Source of the DNA: Candidatus Omnitrophota bacterium
GTDB taxonomy: Bacteria; Omnitrophota; Gorgyraeia; Duberdicusellales; 4484-171
Reading direction: 5' to 3'
Assembly: GCA_021735045.1 (NCBI GenBank)
Contig: JAIPHU010000007.1
Location: forward strand, 1-32,000
Length of the DNA stretch: 32,000 bases
Part shown: positions 8,116 to 16,082 of the stretch, one piece after another
How positions within the stretch are numbered: the stretch's first letter is position 1
How the letters are laid out: the number at the start of each line of letters is the position of its first letter
Notes under the pieces: model-generated
Told to the model about the DNA's origin: nothing
Databases searched by the model: none
The model's input: only the letters and a program-made list of their open reading frames with translations
Program-made: the position numbers and the translations under genes

Positions 8116-8146
8116 GGCACTGAGCTGAATTACTCAGCGAAGTGCC
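8116..8146. repeat. 31-nt GC-rich hairpin, family D copy 1
   Basis: GGCACT GA GCTGA ATTAC TCAGC GA AGTGCC forms a 6-bp stem, a 2x2 GA/GA internal loop, a 5-bp stem and a 5-nt loop. It lies 18 nt after the ribE stop. The second copy is at 27885-27915. Confidence 0.75.
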
Positions 8147-8164
8147 TTCTCGAGAAGATGTTCG

Positions 8165-8731
8165 TCATTTTTTCAATAGATAATCAAATTCAACGTTGAG
8201 CCAGTGGCCAGCTTTTCTAAACTTTAGGTTTGTATTGTTGTAAGTAAAAGGGATAATATCTAAAGTAAAAGAAGTCGGTAAAACTTTTTTCACAGTTAAA
8301 GAAACACCATCTAAAGCAATGGACCCTTTTTCAACTATCTTATTTTTATTTTTATTCGGTAAGTATATTTCAAACTCCCAGTAACCGCTTCTATCAGTAA
8401 CCCTTTTTATCTTTAGTACTGAATCAATGTGGCCTAAAACAAAATGGCCGCCTAATTTATCTCCAACCTCTAGGGCCGGCTCTAAGTTAACTGGTTCTTT
8501 GTTTTTAAAAAATTTAATATTTGTATCAGCTAGAGTAGAAGCTGCTAGATCAAAAATAAGTTTTGATTTATCTTTTTCTACTACAGTAAGACAAGCCCCA
8601 TTTATGGCAACACTGTCTGATACTTCTGTTTGTTTATAAACTAAATCAGAAGCTATCTCTAATTTAGAAATCTTGCCTCTTTTTGTAAGCTTTAACACAG
8701 ATCCTACTTCCTTAATGATACCGGTAAACAC
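8165..8731 (-). CDS. ribE: riboflavin synthase alpha chain
   Basis: 188 aa with an MFTGII N-terminus, two lumazine-binding-type repeats (SVAINGACLTV and SIALDGVSLTV) and GGHFVLGHID. Confidence 0.85.
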   Translation of the reverse strand: MFTGIIKEVGSVLKLTKRGKISKLEIASDLVYKQTEVSDSVAINGACLTVVEKDKSKLIFDLAASTLADTNIKFFKNKEPVNLEPALEVGDKLGGHFVLGHIDSVLKIKRVTDRSGYWEFEIYLPNKNKNKIVEKGSIALDGVSLTVKKVLPTSFTLDIIPFTYNNTNLKFRKAGHWLNVEFDYLLKK

Positions 8732-8793
8732 TAAATAACTCCTTTGTTTTCAATAGTTTAACAGCTGTGGGCATAAAACTTAACTTAATCCAA

Positions 8794-8802
8794 ATTATAC
8801 CA
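8794..8802 (-). promoter_or_regulatory. candidate extended -10 promoter element for ribE
   Basis: The minus strand reads TGGTATAAT (TGnTATAAT), about 60 nt upstream of the ribE start and downstream of the 8881-8914 terminator. There is no convincing -35. Confidence 0.3.
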
Positions 8803-8880
8803 TAGAAAATATAAGATAAAAGAATATTCCCTTAGATAATTATTAAGTAGGGTGTACCTTTGTAGGACGTCTGCGGGGTA

Positions 8881-8914
8881 TAACAAAACCCCGTGTTTTT
8901 TAACACGGGGCTTT
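8881..8914 (-). terminator. intrinsic terminator after the Lys-rich protein gene
   Basis: The minus strand reads CCCCGTGTT AAAA AACACGGGG followed by TTTTGTTAT. This is a 9-bp GC-rich stem with a 4-nt loop and a U-tract, about 30 nt after the stop at 8945. Confidence 0.8.
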
Positions 8915-8944
8915 ATTTTATCTTATGAAGTTAAAACTTAACTT

Positions 8945-9121
8945 TTACTTCTTTTTCTTTTTAGTTGTTTTCTTTTTCTTAGTTGTCTTTTTCTTAGTGG
9001 ATTTCTTTTTCTTAGTTGTCTTTTTCTTTTTAGCTGCTTTTTTCTTAGTTGTCTTCTTTTTCTTTGCTGCTTTTTTCTTCGTTGTCTTTTTCTTTCGAGT
9101 TGTCTTCTTTCTTGCGGCCAT
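8945..9121 (-). CDS. 58-aa Lys/Thr/Ala-repeat basic protein (histone-H1-like / nucleoid-associated candidate)
   Basis: The ATG at 9121 is preceded by AGGAGGTG with a 5-nt spacer. The product is MAARKKTTRKKKTTKKKAAKKKKTTKKK.... The gene has its own candidate promoter (9172-9200) and terminator (8881-8914). The ORF-track start at 9151 lacks an SD. Confidence 0.6.
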   Translation of the reverse strand: MAARKKTTRKKKTTKKKAAKKKKTTKKKAAKKKKTTKKKKSTKKKTTKKKKTTKKKKK

Positions 9122-9171
9122 CCAATCACCTCCTGTTTTTTGACCCAACACTATTGGGTACCTATATATTT

Positions 9172-9200
9172 AATTTAACAAACTTTTTTTTAAATGTCAA
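9172..9200 (-). promoter_or_regulatory. candidate sigma70-type promoter for the Lys-rich protein gene
   Basis: The minus strand has TTGACA (9200-9195), a 17-nt spacer, and TAAATT (9177-9172) preceded by TGT. It sits about 50 nt upstream of the ATG at 9121. Confidence 0.4.
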
Positions 9201-9235
9201 CCATTTAAAAAAATATTTTGTAAAAAAAATAAAAA

Positions 9236-9610
9236 TTATTTTTTAGGAAGAGAAATTTTTTTGGCTTGGCGCCAAAGATATTCTAAATTATAAAACTCTC
9301 TGGCATTTTCGGTAAAGATATGAACTATTACATTTGAAAAATCAATTAAGATCCAATTGTAGGTTTTATCAACTTCTGAATGTTGAACTTGTATTTTTTC
9401 TTTTTTACTTTTTCTAATTATTTGATCATATATCGCCTTAACTTGGGTTGTGCTATCTCCTGAACAAATCAAATAGTAGTTACAAATTGTACTTATCTTT
9501 TTTAGATCTAAAATCACTACATCTTTTGCCTGCTTTTCTTGAGCAAACTTTGCAATTTTTTTTGCATCCGATAAACCGGTTGTATTTTTTGTTTTGATAG
9601 TATCCTCCAT
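9236..9610 (-). CDS. rsfS: ribosomal silencing factor RsfS (iojap family)
   Basis: 124 aa with DVVILDLKKIS...YYLICSG.S..QV.AI and NWILIDFSNVIVHIF...REFYNLEYLW, typical of RsfS/DUF143. Confidence 0.85.
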   Translation of the reverse strand: MEDTIKTKNTTGLSDAKKIAKFAQEKQAKDVVILDLKKISTICNYYLICSGDSTTQVKAIYDQIIRKSKKEKIQVQHSEVDKTYNWILIDFSNVIVHIFTENAREFYNLEYLWRQAKKISLPKK

Positions 9611-10879
9611 TTAATTCCTTATTATCGCTTTTATCTTTGTAGCTAATTCATTATCCAAGTTACCTACGGCTGATATAGAAATATTCCTAAAATCAAAGAG
9701 CTTTTTGGAAAAATCCCTTATTTGACAAGGCTCAATTGCTTTAACTTGCTTTTTTATTTTATCTAAGCTTTTAATATCTTCTGCTTTAATATAGCTTTGA
9801 GCAAAATAAAACATCCTTCCTTGTGATTGTTCTAGGCTCATCGATAACTGCCCCAGAAAATAATCCTTAGCCCTGGTTAACTCACTTTTAGTTATTGGCT
9901 TATTCTTTATTTTGTTCAGTTCTTTTTTAATCACGGATAAAGCCAGGCTGATATTTTCTTTATCTAGGCCAACCTTTATTATAAATGCACCACTATCTTT
10001 AAAATTCTTTACAGAAGTTGAAACAGCATAACATAGCGACCTCTTCTCCCGCAAACTTTCAAATAAACGGCTGCTCATATTTGCCCCGAGGATAACATGA
10101 AGAAGTTTCTGAACTATTCTTTTATCGCTTTTATAAGGTATGCTTCTAAAACCAAGACAAAGGTGTGATTGTTGAGTATCTCTTTTTTCTGTTTTTATCT
10201 TTATACCTTTTGATTTAACTGGTTTCTTTTTATATATTTTTTTTCTTTTCTTTTTAATTTTTGTTTTTATTTTTTCTGAAATTTTTGTTTTTATTTTATC
10301 AAGAGAATAATCCCCGCAAAAAGATACAACTATGTTAGAGGGAATATAAAAACTATTTTTAAAATTAACTAAGTCTTTTCTTGTTATCGCCTTCACGCTT
10401 TTTTCAGTTCCAATTATATCTTCTCCTAAAGGATGGCCTTTCCAAAGAAGGCTATCTAAGATAGTTGCCGCACAGGAGCCGGGGAGATCGTTATACATCT
10501 TTATCTCTTCTAAAACAACATCTCTTTCTTTGTTGATCTCATAAGACAAAAGTGAAGGGTTTAATACCATATCTAGGAGTATATCTAGAGTGATTAAGGT
10601 ATTCTTTTTTAGAAAGTGCGCATAGTAAGCTGTCATCTCTTGGGAAGTAAAACCATTTAAGATACCACCGCGGCCTTCAATCTCTCTTTTTATTTTTTTG
10701 TAGTTATAACAAGAGCTTCCTTTAAAGACCATATGCTCTAGAAAATGAGCAATACCCTTTTGCTGTTTTTTCTCAAATCGGGCTCCGGTTTTTAAAAAGA
10801 CCCCTAAGGAAGCTGTTTCAAACTCACCAAAAGAAGAATGAATTAAATTAAGAGGCCCTACTTTGACAATTTTATACAT
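9611..10879 (-). CDS. M16-family zinc peptidase (insulinase-like)
   Basis: 422 aa with the inverted zinc motif HFLEHMVFKGS (HxxEH) near the N-terminus and M16 two-domain length. A Lys-rich linker (KTKIKKKRKKIYKKKPVKSKGIKIK) joins the halves. Confidence 0.85.
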   Translation of the reverse strand: MYKIVKVGPLNLIHSSFGEFETASLGVFLKTGARFEKKQQKGIAHFLEHMVFKGSSCYNYKKIKREIEGRGGILNGFTSQEMTAYYAHFLKKNTLITLDILLDMVLNPSLLSYEINKERDVVLEEIKMYNDLPGSCAATILDSLLWKGHPLGEDIIGTEKSVKAITRKDLVNFKNSFYIPSNIVVSFCGDYSLDKIKTKISEKIKTKIKKKRKKIYKKKPVKSKGIKIKTEKRDTQQSHLCLGFRSIPYKSDKRIVQKLLHVILGANMSSRLFESLREKRSLCYAVSTSVKNFKDSGAFIIKVGLDKENISLALSVIKKELNKIKNKPITKSELTRAKDYFLGQLSMSLEQSQGRMFYFAQSYIKAEDIKSLDKIKKQVKAIEPCQIRDFSKKLFDFRNISISAVGNLDNELATKIKAIIRN

Positions 10880-10898
10880 AAAAAAGGCTAAAAAGAAA

Positions 10899-11681
10899 TC
10901 AAGATCTTAATCTCCGAACATGATCTTCTAATTTTTTTAAAAAGTTTTTCTGCTTATAATGTTTATCGATAAAATTTACAATTTCGCTTCCTACGATAAC
11001 TCCATCGGAAAACGAACTAATTTTTTTAACCTGTTGATGATTATGAATACCAAATCCTACACATACCGGGGTCTTGGTTATCTTTTTTATATTTTTTATA
11101 TGCAAAGATATATCACTATATTTAAGAGCTTTTGGGCCGGTTATTCCGGTAATTGAAACATAGTAGATAAAACCTTTTGAATTCTTGGCAATTTTCTTTA
11201 CCCGTTTAGCTGATGTAGTTGGAGTAATGAAAAAAATAGGATCTATATCAAACCTTTTAGCTTCACCAATATAGTTATTGCTTTCTTCAAAAGGTAGATC
11301 TACCAAAATTGTTCCTGAAATTTTATTTTCTTTGGCCTTTTTAAAAAAATTAGAGAGCTTATATTGAAATACAGGATTATAATAAGACATAACCACCATA
11401 GGAATCTTTATATCTTTTTTTATTTTTTTAATATTGTCAAAAAAGCTATCTACAGTTATTTTTTGTTTTAGGGCACAAGCAGAAGCTTGTTGAATTATCG
11501 GGCCATCGGCTAGAGGATCAGAAAAAGGAAAGCCAAACTCAATAATATCAACCCCTCCCTTTTGAAGAGCAAGAAAGATATCATTTGTATAAGCTATTTT
11601 AGGAAATCCAAAAGGAAAGTAGGCAATAAAAGCCTTCTTGCCTTCTTGATTTAGTTGTTTGAATTTATCTTCTAATCTCAT
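10899..11681 (-). CDS. trpA: tryptophan synthase alpha chain
   Basis: 260 aa with GFPFSDPLADGPIIQQA and YYVSITGITG, in trp gene context. Confidence 0.9.
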   Translation of the reverse strand: MRLEDKFKQLNQEGKKAFIAYFPFGFPKIAYTNDIFLALQKGGVDIIEFGFPFSDPLADGPIIQQASACALKQKITVDSFFDNIKKIKKDIKIPMVVMSYYNPVFQYKLSNFFKKAKENKISGTILVDLPFEESNNYIGEAKRFDIDPIFFITPTTSAKRVKKIAKNSKGFIYYVSITGITGPKALKYSDISLHIKNIKKITKTPVCVGFGIHNHQQVKKISSFSDGVIVGSEIVNFIDKHYKQKNFLKKLEDHVRRLRS

Positions 11682-11703
11682 GAATTAACTCGCTTCTCTG
11701 TGT

Positions 11704-11779
11704 TTCGTTCTACGTTCTATGTTCAACGTTCTACGTTTGATAATTTTCAACGTTGAACGTCGCACGTCGAACGTTGCAC
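11704..11779. repeat. family A word-palindrome, copy A1 (trpB|trpA spacer)
   Basis: The left arm is GTTCTAC GTTCTAT GTTCAAC GTTCTAC GT (11707-11736). The right arm is AACGTTGAACGTCGCACGTCGAACG (11749-11773). It is near-identical to the copy at 19944-20015. Confidence 0.8.
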
Positions 11780-11783
11780 AAAA

Positions 11784-12956
11784 CTATAAATTATATTTGC
11801 GTACTATATCTAAGTCTTTATCGCCTCTGCCAGATAAACAAAGAATAACTGTTTTACCTTTTCCAAATTTAGCTAATTTTTTAAGATAGTAAACCGCATG
11901 AGCCGGTTCAAGAGCAGGAATTATCCCCTCAAACCGAGATAACAGATTAAATCCTGCAAGGGCTTGTTTGTCCGATACCGCCTGATAGTCAGCTCTTTGG
12001 ATTGATTTATAGAAAGAATGCTCTGGGCCTACCCCCGGATAATCCAGGCCCGGTGCTATGGAGTGGGCATTTTTTACTTGCCCGTCTTTACCTTGTAGGA
12101 TATAAGATTTTGAACCTTGAAAAACACCTGGTTTACCTTTAACCAATGAAGCAGCGCTAAGGCCTCCCTGGCCAAAACCTGCAGCTTCAACTCCAATAAA
12201 CTTAACTTTCTTATCCTTATAAAATGGATGGAAAAAACCGATGGCATTACTTCCTCCACCTACACAAGCCACCAGATAGTCAGGCAACTTACCTCTTGCA
12301 GCTAATATCTGTTTTCTTGTTTCTTTTCCAATTACAGTTTGAAAATCTCTGACAATTTTAGGATAAGGATGCGGCCCAACCACTGAACCGAGAAGATAAT
12401 AAGTATCAGAAACATTAGTCACCCAATCCCTGAAAGCTTGACTACAGGCTTCTTTTAACGTCTTTGTCCCAATCGTAACTGGAATAACTTTAGCTCCCAG
12501 TATTCTCATCCTAAACACATTGGCTTTTTGCCTTTCCATATCTTCCTGGCCCATATAAACCTCACAATCTATACCTAAAAGAGTCGCAGCTGTTGCAGTT
12601 GCCACCCCATGTTGGCCAGCACCAGTTTCAGCTATGATTCTTTTTTTACCCATAAACTTTGCTAAAAGGGCTTGGCCTAAAGCATTATTAATCTTATGAG
12701 CTCCACTGTGAAGTAAATCTTCACGTTTTATATAAACTTTTAAGCCCAGATAATCACTTAAAGAATGAGCATAATACAAAGGAGTAGGCCTTCCGGCATA
12801 TTCATCCAGCAATGTCTTGAGTTCTTTTTTAAACTTCTTGTCCTTTTTTATATTTCGATAAGCATCTTCTAACTCTTTTAGGCAAAAAGATAAAGTCTCA
12901 GGAATAAACTTTCCGCCAAAAGAACCAAAATAACCTTTTTTATCAGGAAGAGACAT
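11784..12956 (-). CDS. trpB: tryptophan synthase beta chain
   Basis: 390 aa with [15 protein letters not shown] (PLP Lys), GAGQHG and [10 protein letters not shown]. Confidence 0.95.
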   Translation of the reverse strand: MSLPDKKGYFGSFGGKFIPETLSFCLKELEDAYRNIKKDKKFKKELKTLLDEYAGRPTPLYYAHSLSDYLGLKVYIKREDLLHSGAHKINNALGQALLAKFMGKKRIIAETGAGQHGVATATAATLLGIDCEVYMGQEDMERQKANVFRMRILGAKVIPVTIGTKTLKEACSQAFRDWVTNVSDTYYLLGSVVGPHPYPKIVRDFQTVIGKETRKQILAARGKLPDYLVACVGGGSNAIGFFHPFYKDKKVKFIGVEAAGFGQGGLSAASLVKGKPGVFQGSKSYILQGKDGQVKNAHSIAPGLDYPGVGPEHSFYKSIQRADYQAVSDKQALAGFNLLSRFEGIIPALEPAHAVYYLKKLAKFGKGKTVILCLSGRGDKDLDIVRKYNL

Positions 12957-13569
12957 TTTTTACCCTCTCAATAAATTTTTTCATTGCTTTTTTATCTTTT
13001 TTCCCGACAAGCTCTTCTATCCCACTTGCTACATCAACTCCATAAGGAGAGATTTTTATTACGTTTTTTATATTAGTTGAATCAAGCCCCCCGGAAAGAA
13101 TAACTTTTTTTTCTTTTTTTATCTGAGTTTTGATAAATTTAAGAAAATCTGCTGATAAAGTCTTTTTTTCTTTTTTCTTTTCTTTAAAAGGAATATCAAA
13201 CATTAAAGCATCAAGGCCTTGATAACGCAAGATAGTTTCGGCCAAATAATCCGGAAAACAAACTTTAACTACTTTATATTGAGGCATAAATTGATTACAA
13301 TAAGTTACAGTTTCTTTACCGTGGAATTGTAATAGATCAAGGCCAACTGAGGAAGCAATATCAGAAACCTCCTCCTTTTTTTGATTCATAAAGACCCCTG
13401 CTTTAGAGATAAACGGGCCTAATCTAGCTATAATCTTTTTAGCTAAAGCCGGCCTAATATAACGAGGGCTCTTTTTAGTAAAAATAAAACCTAAAGCATC
13501 AGCCCCTAGTTGTTCGGCCAACAGCGCATCTTCTAAATTAGTAATACCGCAAATTTTGACTCTAATCAT
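12943..13569 (-). CDS. trpF: phosphoribosylanthranilate isomerase
   Basis: 208 aa with the start [10 protein letters not shown] and GADALGFIF. It overlaps trpB by 14 nt and sits in trp context. Confidence 0.88.
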   Translation of the reverse strand: MIRVKICGITNLEDALLAEQLGADALGFIFTKKSPRYIRPALAKKIIARLGPFISKAGVFMNQKKEEVSDIASSVGLDLLQFHGKETVTYCNQFMPQYKVVKVCFPDYLAETILRYQGLDALMFDIPFKEKKKEKKTLSADFLKFIKTQIKKEKKVILSGGLDSTNIKNVIKISPYGVDVASGIEELVGKKDKKAMKKFIERVKNVSS

Positions 13570-13577
13570 GATTATTA

Positions 13578-14357
13578 TTAGGCATCGATATGGAGTTCTT
13601 TTATTTTTTCTTCTATATTATCTGCTTCCATAAAAGCATGCCCGACCAATATTGCATCAACTCCCAACCCTTTAAGAAGGAGTACATCCTTTAGAGAATT
13701 TATCCCGCTTTCTGAAACCTGGACTACACCTTCGGGAATAAAAGGAAGTAGTTTTTTTGAACGATTTATATTTATTTCAAGAGTATGCAGATTGCGATTA
13801 TTTACTCCGATAATATCAGCTCCCATCTTTAAAGCTTTTCTTAACTCTTTTTCAGTGCTAACTTCAGTTAAAACATCAAGGTTTAAACTTTTTGCAAACT
13901 CATAAAGTTCTTTAGCTTGTTCAAATTCTAAAATACCCATGATCAAAAGAATCGCATCAGCCCCGATTGCTTTTGCCTCAATAATCTGTATCTTGTCTAA
14001 GATAAAATCTTTTTTTAAAACAGGCTTGGTCGTTTCTCTTTTTACTTCTTGGATATAACTATTTTTTCCCAGAAAAAAATCTTCTTCGGTTATAACCGAT
14101 ATTGCATTAACCTTTTGACTATCAAAAATTCTAGCTATACGAGTTGGGGAAAAATCTTTTTGTAAAATTCCTTTTGAAGGTGAAGCCTGTTTCATCTCAG
14201 CAATCAAAGATATCTTATTTTTCCGCTCTATGGCTTCTTTAAACGAGTTAACTTCACCTGATTTTTCTGCTAAAGAAACCAGAGCTTCTTTATTCCTCTT
14301 TAATATCCGGATTCTTTTCTTCTTGCTTTCAACTATAAGTGAGAGTACTTTATGCAT
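13578..14357 (-). CDS. trpC: indole-3-glycerol-phosphate synthase
   Basis: 259 aa with IAEMKQASPSKG, GADAILLI and IGVNNRNL. It overlaps trpD by 8 nt. Confidence 0.9.
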   Translation of the reverse strand: MHKVLSLIVESKKKRIRILKRNKEALVSLAEKSGEVNSFKEAIERKNKISLIAEMKQASPSKGILQKDFSPTRIARIFDSQKVNAISVITEEDFFLGKNSYIQEVKRETTKPVLKKDFILDKIQIIEAKAIGADAILLIMGILEFEQAKELYEFAKSLNLDVLTEVSTEKELRKALKMGADIIGVNNRNLHTLEININRSKKLLPFIPEGVVQVSESGINSLKDVLLLKGLGVDAILVGHAFMEADNIEEKIKELHIDA

Positions 14358-15393
14358 TTTTATCTAAAAAAGTTTTAAATTTTTTCAATAAATGATACGC
14401 TTTCTTACTATCTAAAATATCGGCTGCTTTAGTTACCCCTTGTTTAAAACTTTTTACCTTATCTAATATATAAAAACAAGCAGCTGAATTAGCTAAAACA
14501 ACATCTCTGGCTGGGCCCTTCTTTCCGCCTAACAGTTCTTTTATAAGCTTTGCACTCTTTTTCGGGTTACTAGTTTCAATATCTTTTAGTTTTATCTTTT
14601 TTAGGCCAAAATTTGAAGGCGATAAAGTTATTTTTTTTATCTTACTTTTATTTAACAAACAAGCTTGAGTAGAACCGGTAAGAGATATCTCATCTTTTAG
14701 GTCCTTACCAAAAACTACCAACGCTTTTTTAACCCCCAACTGTTTTAAGACTTTTGCCATCGGTAAAACAAGATCTTGACTGTATACCCCTAAAAGTTGA
14801 AAATTAGCAAAGGCAGGGTTCGACAAAGGGCCCAACAAGTTAAAGATAGTTCTCATCTTTAACTGCTTTCTGATTTGAGCAACAGTCTTTAAGGCTGGAT
14901 GATAAAGCGGTGCATATAAAAAACCAATTCCGATCTCATTTATAGATTTTTCCATAACTGAAGCACCAACCCCAACATTTATACCCAACTGCTCAAGTAC
15001 ATCTGCACTACCTGAACCAGAAGACATAGCTTTATTGCCGTGTTTTGCAACTTTTATCCCCGAAGCTGCTACCACAAAAGCAACTGCCGTAGAAATATTA
15101 AATTTATCTACGCCCGAACCGCCTGTACCACAGGTATCTAAAACTTGCCGGTATTCATCTTCTATCCCTAAAAAACTATTGTAAATTTTTATTTTTTTAG
15201 CTCTTTTTCTAACTACTGTAGCTGCAGCTGAAATTTCAGTTTCAGTTTCACCTTTCATCTTTAAGGCTGTTAGGAAAGAAGCGATTTGAGCCGGATTAAT
15301 CTTTTGGTCAAAAATTTCCTCGAAAACTTCTTTAGTCTCCTCAAAAGTTAAATTCTTTCTATCCACTAATTTAGCTATAATATTTTGAATCAT
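14350..15393 (-). CDS. trpD: anthranilate phosphoribosyltransferase
   Basis: 347 aa with LDTCGTGGSGVDKFNISTA and KHGNKAMSSGSGSADVLE. Confidence 0.9.
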   Translation of the reverse strand: MIQNIIAKLVDRKNLTFEETKEVFEEIFDQKINPAQIASFLTALKMKGETETEISAAATVVRKRAKKIKIYNSFLGIEDEYRQVLDTCGTGGSGVDKFNISTAVAFVVAASGIKVAKHGNKAMSSGSGSADVLEQLGINVGVGASVMEKSINEIGIGFLYAPLYHPALKTVAQIRKQLKMRTIFNLLGPLSNPAFANFQLLGVYSQDLVLPMAKVLKQLGVKKALVVFGKDLKDEISLTGSTQACLLNKSKIKKITLSPSNFGLKKIKLKDIETSNPKKSAKLIKELLGGKKGPARDVVLANSAACFYILDKVKSFKQGVTKAADILDSKKAYHLLKKFKTFLDKNA

Positions 15394-15400
15394 AATAGTT

Positions 15401-15976
15401 TTATTTCTTTGCCATCTTTAAAAAATTAGCTAAAACAGCTTTACCCGCATCAGTTAAAATAGACTCAGGATGAAACTGCACCCCATAAACAGGATACTTT
15501 TTTAACTTAATTGCCATTATTGTATTATCGCTGGTTTTAGCAGTGATTTCAAATTTATTAGATAAACTCTTTTTTTCCAAAATTAACGAATGATAACGAG
15601 TGGCTGAAAAAGGATTCTTTATATTTTTAAATATCCCTTTATTTTTATGATAAATTAAAGAAGTTTTTCCATGCATAATTTTTTTTGCTTTAACTATTTT
15701 TGTGCCAAAATAAGAACCTAAACATTGATGGCCTAGACAAACTCCTAATATCGGCAGCTTCTTGTAGTATTTACCGATTAAATCAAGACTTATCCCACCG
15801 TCTTTAGGCCGGCCTGGGCCAGGAGAAATAACGATTTTATCAAATTTAATCTTTTCTAAATCTTTTAAGCTCACCTTATCATTTCTGAAACAAAGAGTTT
15901 TTGCCCCCAGCTCTTGGATATATTGAACAAGATTATAGGTGAATGAGTCGTAATTGTCGATAACTAGTATCATCAT
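15401..15976 (-). CDS. trpG: anthranilate synthase component II (glutamine amidotransferase; TrpG/PabA type)
   Basis: 191 aa with ILVIDNYDSFTYNLVQY, the catalytic GVCLGHQ, and FHPES. It is the first gene of the trp run. Confidence 0.85.
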   Translation of the reverse strand: MMILVIDNYDSFTYNLVQYIQELGAKTLCFRNDKVSLKDLEKIKFDKIVISPGPGRPKDGGISLDLIGKYYKKLPILGVCLGHQCLGSYFGTKIVKAKKIMHGKTSLIYHKNKGIFKNIKNPFSATRYHSLILEKKSLSNKFEITAKTSDNTIMAIKLKKYPVYGVQFHPESILTDAGKAVLANFLKMAKK

Positions 15977-15990
15977 TAATTAGCCTTGGT

Positions 15991-16082
15991 CATCAACGAA
16001 TTTACCAATCTCATACGAATATACGAATATTTATTTCTACTTATTCGTAAATTCGTAATTGATTCGTATATTCGTCGATTGA
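15991..16082. repeat. family B word-palindrome, copy B1 (murA|trpG spacer)
   Basis: The sequence is CATCAACGAATTTACCAATCTCATACGAATATACGAATA ... TATTCGTAAATTCGTAATTGATTCGTATATTCGTCGATTGAT. The core 16015-16029 pairs with 16042-16056 at 14 of 15 positions. Confidence 0.8.

Noticed and set aside
8732-8880. Possible FMN riboswitch upstream of ribE.
   Set aside because: I could not find the conserved FMN-element core (GGGCGGG.../CCCGCC-type helices). The region is AT-rich apart from the terminator of the upstream gene.
8938-9151. Alternative readings of the Lys-rich tract: the minus-frame RKRQ-repeat ORF (8938-9129) and the longer start at 9151 (MLGQKTGGDW...).
   Set aside because: These are low-complexity frame shadows. 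Only the ATG at 9121 has a consensus SD at correct spacing. The start at 9151 would place the SD inside the coding sequence.
9152-9171. Hairpin ACCCAATAGTGTTGGGT as a terminator for rsfS.
   Set aside because: On the transcribed strand it is followed by an A-run, not a U-tract, and it lies downstream of the candidate promoter. It is more likely part of the 5' UTR of the Lys-rich gene.
15977-16082. Classical trp leader peptide/attenuator or T-box ahead of trpG.
   Set aside because: The only small ORF has no Trp codons, and there is no T-box consensus or specifier-loop layout. The spacer is fully accounted for by family B repeat B1.
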